Shown here: positions 17,543-25,400 of the stretch, piece after piece | Numbering within the stretch: the stretch's first letter is position 1 | How the letters are laid out: each line of letters begins with the position of its first letter | NCBI GenBank assembly: GCA_041494705.1 | Contig: JBGQBI010000001.1 | Coordinates: forward strand, 450,001-482,000 | DNA: 32,000 nt | Direction: 5' to 3' | From: Candidatus Methanoperedens sp. | Lineage (GTDB): Archaea > Halobacteriota > Methanosarcinia > Methanosarcinales > Methanoperedenaceae | Translations under genes and position numbers: made by a program | Notes under the pieces: model-generated | Told to the model about the DNA's origin: nothing | What the model saw: only the letters and a program-made list of their open reading frames with translations | Database searches by the model: none

Positions 17543-18010
17543 ATGACGCCTCTAAATAAAATAATCGTCCTGATTGCCCTGGGTTCAGTTCTCGTTTTAT
17601 CGGCTGCCTGGTGGGATTCGCAATCAGGAAACAATTCAGCTTTTATCAAACTTGGCGGTGTTTCATTTCATACATCAATAGAACCGGGAATCACAGAGGC
17701 AAAGAACTTAAGCAAACCTGTTTTCCTGTATTTCAGGTCAGAAACGTGTTACTGGTGCATAAGATTTGAAGATGAAGCCCTGTCTGATAAAAGGGTCATC
17801 GATAAACTCAATAAAAATTTTGTTCTTATATCGATAGATACATTCAAACAAAAAAATGTTTCTCTCAATCTCAATGTACGAAATACCCCGTACATGATTT
17901 TCTTTACAAAAGACGGCGAAGAGATATCAAGAATCCCGGGCTACCTGCAAACTGACGATTTCCTGGTAAAATTAGATTCCGTATCTGAAAACCTCAACCG
18001 GAGCTCTTAG
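17543..18010 (+). CDS. Membrane-anchored thioredoxin-fold protein with CYWC active site (ResA/CcsX-like candidate)
   Basis: 155 aa with an N-terminal TM IIVLIALGSVLVLSAAWW, then PVFLYFRSETCYWCIRFEDE (CxxC in thioredoxin context). Transcribed divergently from resB. Confidence 0.7.
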   Translation: MTPLNKIIVLIALGSVLVLSAAWWDSQSGNNSAFIKLGGVSFHTSIEPGITEAKNLSKPVFLYFRSETCYWCIRFEDEALSDKRVIDKLNKNFVLISIDTFKQKNVSLNLNVRNTPYMIFFTKDGEEISRIPGYLQTDDFLVKLDSVSENLNRSS

Positions 18011-19454
18011 TTGCAGTTATATATGTTTCAATAAACTTCTTAACCTGAGGTGGCATCTCCCCTTTCATCTGGTTTGAGAGGTAAGAATCGTTGATGAGCA
18101 GTCGCGTGACCTCTATCATGTAGTTTTTCTTAAAATCGCTCATCTCCTCAATCTTTTCAAGCTTTCCCATGTAAAAATCCCGGAACGCCTTTAAAAGATG
18201 TTTATTTAGCTCCTCCCGCGTCATGTTGACGGGCCTGACTATCGGTTCGATAAGATTGTATTTTGAATAATCAAATTCCTCTATATACGGCGCAAGTTCA
18301 GGATAAATATCAGAATAAGGCCATGGGGCAATTGCAAGGAAAAACGCAAGGTCAGGATTATAATACTGCGCCAGCTTACATGCCGCCTCTATGGATTCGG
18401 GCGTTTCTTCCGGCATCCCAAGGACAAAAGATGTCTCCGAAATAATCCCGGTATTGTTTATCAGGTCAATCGCTTCCCTTGACTGCCCTATCCTGATATT
18501 TTTCTGATAGCGGTCAAGTGTATCCTGGCTTGCGGATTCCGCTCCCACGTAGATATGAAGGATTCCCGCCTTTTTGTATTTATCAATTATATCCTTATCA
18601 CGCAGGATGTCGTCCACCCTTGTTTCCATCAGGAGTTCAAGGTCAAGTTCTTTCTCGATGAGCAGATCAAGGATTTTCTCCCACCGTTTGCGGTCATACG
18701 TGGGGGTTTCATCAGCTATCATGGCAACATCCACGCCATATGTGCTGTTTAAGTATTCAAGCTCGGATACGAAGTTTTCAGGGCTTCTCCCTCTCCATTT
18801 CTCCCTCCAGAAAAGACGCTGCGAACAGAAGGTGCATTTCTGGGTGCAGCCCCTTGAAGAACTCACGACTGCAAGTGTGGAATTTTTCTTTGTCTTGAAT
18901 GTATAATCCTTCCACTCTATAAGGTTCCATGCCGCAGGCATTGTGTCCAGATTTGAGATGAGAGGCCGTTCTTTCGTGCAGATGATTTTCCCATCCCGCG
19001 CATAAGCAATTCCCGGGGTATCCGGGTTTTTTTCTGCAAAAACCTGGCTTAAAAGTTCTGATGTAGTGATTTCACCTTCGCCGCGTATGATATAATCTAC
19101 TATGCTCCTCTCTTTTTGCAGGATTTCCTCCCAGCAGAAAGTGGGATGGATGCCGCCAAGGAGCGTAATTATCCCCGGATTTACCTCTTTAGCTACCTTG
19201 AGAACCGCAATAGCATCGTAAAGGCTTGATGTATATGCCGCCGTGCCCACAACATCGGGAGTGATTTCTTTTATGCGCCTTTTGATGTCATCAAAAGTAT
19301 GGTATTTTGACATCGCATCGTATATGCTGACTTCATACCCGGATTTTTGCAGGCTTCCGGCAACATAGACCATGCCAAGTGGCATCCATGTGCCTGCGGA
19401 TTCGAGTACGCCGCAGTGGTAAGGCGGTGTTATTAACAGGACTTTTTTAGACAT
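17994..19454 (-). CDS. B12-binding domain radical SAM protein (class B)
   Basis: The ORF track starts at 19517. I prefer the ATG at 19454 (MSKKVLLITPPYH...), which removes the overlap with the upstream gene. The N-terminal region looks like a Rossmann-type cobalamin domain. Radical SAM motif SSSRGCTQKCTFCS. Confidence 0.85.
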   Translation of the reverse strand: MSKKVLLITPPYHCGVLESAGTWMPLGMVYVAGSLQKSGYEVSIYDAMSKYHTFDDIKRRIKEITPDVVGTAAYTSSLYDAIAVLKVAKEVNPGIITLLGGIHPTFCWEEILQKERSIVDYIIRGEGEITTSELLSQVFAEKNPDTPGIAYARDGKIICTKERPLISNLDTMPAAWNLIEWKDYTFKTKKNSTLAVVSSSRGCTQKCTFCSQRLFWREKWRGRSPENFVSELEYLNSTYGVDVAMIADETPTYDRKRWEKILDLLIEKELDLELLMETRVDDILRDKDIIDKYKKAGILHIYVGAESASQDTLDRYQKNIRIGQSREAIDLINNTGIISETSFVLGMPEETPESIEAACKLAQYYNPDLAFFLAIAPWPYSDIYPELAPYIEEFDYSKYNLIEPIVRPVNMTREELNKHLLKAFRDFYMGKLEKIEEMSDFKKNYMIEVTRLLINDSYLSNQMKGEMPPQVKKFIETYITATKSSG

Positions 19455-19482
19455 TTGGTTTCTTTGAATACCGGTATGATAA

Positions 19483-22437
19483 TTATATTTTGTGTTTCTT
19501 CCAGAACCATAGTGCAACTATTCCTATTACCAACGAAAATGCAGCTATGTAGGTTAAATATGGTTTTGTTACTATTTTAACAATCTCTTTGCCATGAAAA
19601 CTTTTTAATTCTCCTTCAACATGGCATCCCCAGCAATCCTTATTTCCAATATTACTATGTTGCGAATCCGAAGGCAGGGCTCTGGGATTCCCCCATGCTT
19701 TTCTTATAGTTTCATTTTCCTGGATATGGCAGAAAACGCAATTTTTTGAATCCGGCATGTAATCAACAGGAGAATTCCAGTGGTAAGGGTCGCCCTTGTT
19801 AAATAATGTGCCTGTATAATTTGTATTGAAGGAAAAATAACCGCCTGCTTTTGCTTTATTCCCGAACGTCACGCCATGGCACGAACCCTGGCCGGTTGCT
19901 GCATCAAATCCGAAGCAGGAAGACCTTGTATTACCTAAAGAAGACTGGTCTGTCACATTGATGGGAGAATTATTGTAATGGGAATATACCACCGGGATAT
20001 ATTTTGTAATATCGGGCCGCACGTTAGCAAGGGGACTTAGCTCCGGGTTTACTTTTACATGGCAGTCTTCACATACATTCAATTTCGGCGATACATGCTC
20101 CGTCATTTTTACGTGGCACACCGGGCAGCTTTCATTCAGCCTGTCAGCTCCTTTTTCATTGGCATTATCCCCTTCCCAGTCAAAACTATCATGCATGAAT
20201 CCGGGTGAAAATGGCTTTTCCGGATGTTTACCGTTTGAAAAAGTAGTATTGTAATGACAGTTTTCACAATTGTTGCCAGTCGTTCCATGCCTTATTTTAT
20301 GGCATGAGGTACAATCTTCGGCCGCTGAATAAGAAGTAGAATTCACACCTGGCAATTTGTCTGCGGCTGATAGTTTCGGGGTTGTATCGCTATTATTATA
20401 TTTGCCGCCGGAATTATCCATTGTTGTCGGGAGAGACATGGTTATCCTGACCACAGCGGTTTTCATTGTTTCTGCGTTACCCGCATTATCCAAACTGAAA
20501 TATTTAATGGTATGTCCGCCTTCTTCATTAAAAGTAAGCTGTATATATGGTAAATAAGATACCTGCCCGACTCCATCCACTATGTAGTTTATTGCTTCAA
20601 CACCTGAGATATTATCAGAAGCTGTAATATTGAGAGTTACATTTGCAGTGTGCCACGTACTGTCTGAGTTATCGACCGTCTGTGGAGGGATATTATCAAT
20701 CCTGATAGTGGCAGTATGAGGTTGTTCAGCGTTCCCTGCATTATCCACACTATAATACCTGATAGTATGATTGCCTTCCCCGCTTATGGAAACGGTTGTG
20801 CCTTTCAGAGAGTATGATGTAGGAATTGGGCCATCAACGGTGTAATAAGTTTCCATTATACCTGAGCCTGCATCGCTGGCAGTAAGCATGACCGCAACGC
20901 TGCTATTATACCATTGACCATCAGCATTGTCTGACGTAAGAGGTGGGGTTTTGTCGATTTTCACCTGGCTCGGTGCTGTCTTTATCCCTTCGACATTGCC
21001 TGCTTTATCCACGCTGAAATATTTGATAGTATAAATCCCTTCATTTGAAATACTAAATGTTGTTCCTTCTGTGGAGTTTACTGTTGGTTCTGTTCCATCA
21101 ATAGTATAGTACGTGGCTGCCACCCCGCTTTCATTATCTTTCGCTGTCAATGTAACTGTAACGCTGCTATTATGCCATTGCCCGTCCACATCATCCGTGG
21201 TTGCGGGAGGTATGGTGTCCGCTGGTTTGTTATAGTAAGTATAGGCATAGATGTTCCCATTGGAATTCCCCAATATAATCTCCTTGTTGCCGTCCCCTTC
21301 CAGGTCCGCTATAGTCGCCGATGTAAACATATCATTAGCGACCCTTGTATTTTCAAGGACATTTCCCTGGTTATCCCATATATACAGGTTCCCGTATGCG
21401 TCGCCGGCTGCAATTTCCATCTTCCCGTCGCCGTTTATGTCTCCAAGCGCGAGATTACTGTCAACCCTTCCGATAGAAGAAAATTCTTTCAGGATGCCAT
21501 TCCTTATCAGATATATTTTTTTCTCATCATTTGAGGCGATTGCCGCACTAATCACGCCTGTGCCGTCTATATCGCCCGTGCCAGGAGATGCTAGGTTACT
21601 TTTTATGTTAAATTTATAAAGCTGATTACCGCTATTATCGAAAATAGATACTCCCGATGACGAAGTCACAATAATTTCATTCCTACCGCTCCCCTCAAAG
21701 TCACCGAACCTTGCGCTTCTCGCATCCCCTCCGAGATCCCTGCTCCAGAGAATTGTTCCCATAATACTATTTACTTTTATTACCCAGATTTTCCCATCTA
21801 TTGGATTTGCAGAATTGATATCCTGGGTTAAAATAACAGCCTCATCGATTCCATCCCCGTCGATATCGCCAACCGGGATTGGCGCCCTGTAATTCACAGC
21901 CTTTCCAAGCTCAAGATACCAGAGTTTATTTCCAGAGCTGTCGAATGCATACACACCTGTAGCCTGGGTTATTGATCCCAAAGACGACCCCGGAGCCGCC
22001 CCGGTAAGAATTATTCCTTCTTTTGTAATTGACGGGGAGGAAATAAGCAGATATTTTCCCGGCGTTATATTCGCAATATTATTACCCGCAGTATCCCAGA
22101 TATAAAAAGTGGCATCCGAGTAACCGGGATTACCATAAGAAATTATTTCAAGCCTGCCGCTGATATTGGCTACCAGAGGAGTTCTTGCTTCATCTGCCAG
22201 ATTTATTCCGCCGGTATTCTCCCAGTCAAGGACGCCCATATAATTGAACACTTTAATCATCCTGTTATCGGGCGCCGCTATTATCTCAGGTTTCCCGTCT
22301 CCGTCTATATCCTGTACAACTAAAAGGGATTTAATTGGGCTACCAGTATTGACAGGGAAACCTGCGTGTTGTTCTATCTTGGCAGATACTGTTGTTATCA
22401 TTAGAAACACTGTTAAAAATAAAACTAGTTTATTCAT
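19483..22437 (-). CDS. FG-GAP beta-propeller / triple Ig-like repeat / hexahaem cytochrome c fusion protein with C-terminal TM anchor
   Basis: The preferred start at 22437 (MNKLVLFLTVFLMITTVSA) is preceded by GGAGGGAGGAG and lies 1 nt after the upstream TAA. Six or more FG-GAP-like Ca-binding loops are present (DIDGDGKPEII, GDIDGDGIDEAVI, GDFEGSGRNEIIV, GDIDGTGV, GDINGDGKMEIAAG, ADLEGDGNKEIILG). Then come three ~88-aa repeats, then CTSCH, CENCH, CPVCH, CEDCH, CVFCH, CWGCH plus CFGFDAATGQGSCH. The C-terminus is IAAFSLVIGIVALWFWKKHKI. Confidence 0.9.
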   Translation of the reverse strand: MNKLVLFLTVFLMITTVSAKIEQHAGFPVNTGSPIKSLLVVQDIDGDGKPEIIAAPDNRMIKVFNYMGVLDWENTGGINLADEARTPLVANISGRLEIISYGNPGYSDATFYIWDTAGNNIANITPGKYLLISSPSITKEGIILTGAAPGSSLGSITQATGVYAFDSSGNKLWYLELGKAVNYRAPIPVGDIDGDGIDEAVILTQDINSANPIDGKIWVIKVNSIMGTILWSRDLGGDARSARFGDFEGSGRNEIIVTSSSGVSIFDNSGNQLYKFNIKSNLASPGTGDIDGTGVISAAIASNDEKKIYLIRNGILKEFSSIGRVDSNLALGDINGDGKMEIAAGDAYGNLYIWDNQGNVLENTRVANDMFTSATIADLEGDGNKEIILGNSNGNIYAYTYYNKPADTIPPATTDDVDGQWHNSSVTVTLTAKDNESGVAATYYTIDGTEPTVNSTEGTTFSISNEGIYTIKYFSVDKAGNVEGIKTAPSQVKIDKTPPLTSDNADGQWYNSSVAVMLTASDAGSGIMETYYTVDGPIPTSYSLKGTTVSISGEGNHTIRYYSVDNAGNAEQPHTATIRIDNIPPQTVDNSDSTWHTANVTLNITASDNISGVEAINYIVDGVGQVSYLPYIQLTFNEEGGHTIKYFSLDNAGNAETMKTAVVRITMSLPTTMDNSGGKYNNSDTTPKLSAADKLPGVNSTSYSAAEDCTSCHKIRHGTTGNNCENCHYNTTFSNGKHPEKPFSPGFMHDSFDWEGDNANEKGADRLNESCPVCHVKMTEHVSPKLNVCEDCHVKVNPELSPLANVRPDITKYIPVVYSHYNNSPINVTDQSSLGNTRSSCFGFDAATGQGSCHGVTFGNKAKAGGYFSFNTNYTGTLFNKGDPYHWNSPVDYMPDSKNCVFCHIQENETIRKAWGNPRALPSDSQHSNIGNKDCWGCHVEGELKSFHGKEIVKIVTKPYLTYIAAFSLVIGIVALWFWKKHKI
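20422..21219 (-). repeat. Three tandem ~88-aa (~264-nt) Ig-like domain repeats, plus a truncated fourth copy immediately downstream
   Basis: Each unit reads PP.T.D..DG.W.N..V.V.LTA.D..SG...TYYT.DG......G.T..IS.EG.HTI.Y.S.DNAGN.E. The copies are diverged at nucleotide level. A partial fourth unit (PTTMDNSGGKYNNSDTTPKLSAADKLPGV) is fused to the haem domain. Confidence 0.75.
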
Positions 22438-22438
22438 T

Positions 22439-25400
22439 TTACCTGTTTCTCCTCCCTCCAGTGCTTGGTTGAACATGGCAGCCCGTTGAGAAGCATCCGC
22501 TACTGCCTACATACATGCCTATATTTTTATCATGAAGTGTCATATTAACCTGCGGATTGGAATTATGGCATGAAGACTGGCAGGAAATCCCTGTGCTGCC
22601 CATTATATTATGACTAGATGGTAAGATTCTGGCATTTCCATAATCCTTCCCCACTGCACCTGCGTTATGGCATTTATTGCATCCAAAATTTGTTCCCGTT
22701 GTGGCTCTCGTATCGGGCAGTATGCCTGTTACTGCTGATGGCATACTTTCACCGAGTGTCCTGCTAACCACGTAATGCGATACCGAGGCGTTCTTTAATT
22801 TTTCCGCGGCATAGCCGCCATAATTAATGTTCTGGTTTGCTACTAAACTATTATTATGACATGAAACGCACGTCCTGTTAGAGTCCACGTTATCGTAAAC
22901 CACCGTGCCTGAAAATACCGAACCCGGATAATGCCGGTACACTAAAGTGGCATTGAAATTATTATTGACATGACAATACTCGCATGGTTTTGGATACTGA
23001 TAATTAACCGGATGCTTTTCCGGCTGGGTGCCATTGCCATGACATGCCCAGCAGGCTTTGTTTATCGGGTCCAATACTGAGGTGTTGGTTGCATTACTGT
23101 TAAGATTCGCATGCACGCCAAGCTTCATCGCACTAAAGTTTATCTTCCTGTCGTCCGGCGCCCCGTTTCCTGATACATCGTGACATGAAACACAATCAGG
23201 TCCGCTCGCGCTGGGTTTAAGATTGTGGCTAAAGTCAAGCGAAGTGGCGCCTGTTTTGAGCGCGCTGCCGTGGCAATTTTTACATTTAATATCATCATAT
23301 CCCGAGGAAAGCGCACCTGAATGGTTGTAGAAAGCTGTGCCATCCCTGGAAGTAAGCGGGACAAGTCCGCCCATGTTTAACACTTCAGGAGGCACCGGAT
23401 TGAGAAGGTTCCCCGAGTAATTGGGCGCATTCTTGTAATGGCAGTTGGCACACCAGTAACTTCCGTTTAAGCTCTGGTTGTTTGTATTGTTCCCCATGAT
23501 CTTTGTGATATTGCCCAGAGCTGATGCATTATGGAGGGTAATACCATGGCAGTAAACACATGCGCTCTGCGTGTCGCTGTTTGTCCAGTAACCCTGCTGC
23601 GTGCCATTCCACAGTGAACCGTTATAAGGATCGGCGCTGTGATTCATGGGCGCGGGGATTTTCGGGGCAGTGCTGAAGTTGCCAGGACCGCTCTGGTGGC
23701 ATGTGGTACAGTTTACTGCATTTGTCCTTGATGTGCTGAAGTTGGAGCCGTCCTGCTGGAGGTACCGCACCGGATGGATGCTCCTGCTATCGTTGAGATG
23801 GCAGTCTGTACAATTTACGGCATTATTGTGTGGTTGTTTAAAACCAGTTACTGCTCCTGTATAATTTGTGCCGCCGGTGCCGTTGTTGCCGTGACAGCTC
23901 AAGCATAAACGGTTATTATTCACGGGCGACGCCGGCTTGTAAAGTGTACTGTTGTGAATTCTGCCAGCCTGGGTTGCATGGCAGTCCGTACAACCCGGAT
24001 TGGAGGAGGGATAGCCGGATGAGTGGTTTGCTATCGTCTTGTTTGCATTATCGATGAACGGAAATACTGTTGTCTGGTTGTTGTGGCATTTATTACAGTA
24101 ATCGTTTGTTCCCTGTGCAGGGTAATCAGTGCGTTTCTTGCCATAATGACTTGTGCTATTGCTTCCGCCGTTTTCACCGCCGTAAACGCCTGCTGCGCCG
24201 TCAGGGTCAGGGTTTGTGCCCAGCATCATCTCAGTCCTATTATGGCAATCATAGCACGTGGTCACCGCCTCCGTTCTTATACTGGTGCCGTTCCAGTAGT
24301 GCTGGGTTACGTATGGTATTATTGCAATAAGATCTCCATACATATTATGGCATACTGCACAGCTTATACCTATGTGCCTCGTAACATGGCAATCCACACA
24401 TCTGTAGGGTGTCTTGTAATTGGATGGATGACTACTTCCCGGTTCGTTGCCGTTGCCGTGGCATGCCCAGCATTTCTTGTTCTCTGCGGGCAGGGTTGTT
24501 GTGGTTCTGCTGTTCAGGTCACTGTGGATGGCGTTTACATCGTTCATCGCACTGATATTTACAAGTTTTCCTGCACCGGCTGAGCCTCCGATGTTGTGGC
24601 AGCCTGTACAGTTGGCTCCTCCTGCCTGTCCTATACCCACATTATGGCTAAAGTTGAGAGACGTTGCCCCTGCATTGAGGTTATTATCATGGCAGTTCTT
24701 GCACGTAGCATCATCATAGCTTGTTGAGATTGCACTTGAATGGTTGTAGAATGAAGTTCCATCTTTGGAAATTACAGGGACAAGCCCGCTCTGGTTTAAC
24801 ACCTCAGGCGGCTGCTGAGTTAACAGGTTTCCTCCATAATCGGGTGCAGTCTTATAATGGCAGTTTGCACACCATCTACTTGTGGTAAGGTCCTGATTTA
24901 AACTATTCGTCCCTTTGACGTTGCTTACGCTACCCAGTGCTGAGATGCTGTGAAGAGTCGATAGACCGTGGCAGTAATAACATGCGCTCTTCTGGCTTGT
25001 ATTATCCCAGTAAGCGGATTGCAAGCCATTCCAGAGGACGCCTGCATATGGGTCTGTGCTGTGGTTCAAAGGTACTGGAATCTGTGGCGGGTTCCTGCCT
25101 GTGTAGTTGCCTGCCTTGGGCTGCGCTTTCAGAGCAGCGAAGAACGAAGCGTTCTGGTGGCAATTGGTGCAGTTGCCTCTTGCTGGATTTGGATTATTAT
25201 GATTCAAATCTACATACGTGGCGTTCTGTGCAAACACCTGTATGTCATGCACATCGTCGCTGTGGCATAGTGTGCAGTTCACGCCGCCCGATGTGGTGTT
25301 GCTTGAGTTGTGCTCGGTATTGCTTGTGTGGCAGGTTTTACATTGAGAATCTTCTGTATTACTATTCCTTATAAATCTCTGGGTTTCATCAGGTTTAGTG

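Noticed and set aside
19483-19570. C-terminal TM helix plus basic tail of the propeller cytochrome, considered as a PGF-CTERM / archaeosortase sorting signal.
   Set aside because: The PGF (or PEF / VPXXXP) tripeptide preceding the helix is absent (the sequence is KPYLTYIAAFSLVIGIVALWFWKKHKI). I treat it as a plain C-terminal anchor until tested.
20422-21219. Periodic ~264-nt repetition, considered as a possible CRISPR or satellite array.
   Set aside because: The repeats are in-frame protein-domain repeats with diverged nucleotide sequence and no short conserved repeat/spacer structure. No CRISPR-like array was seen anywhere in the window.
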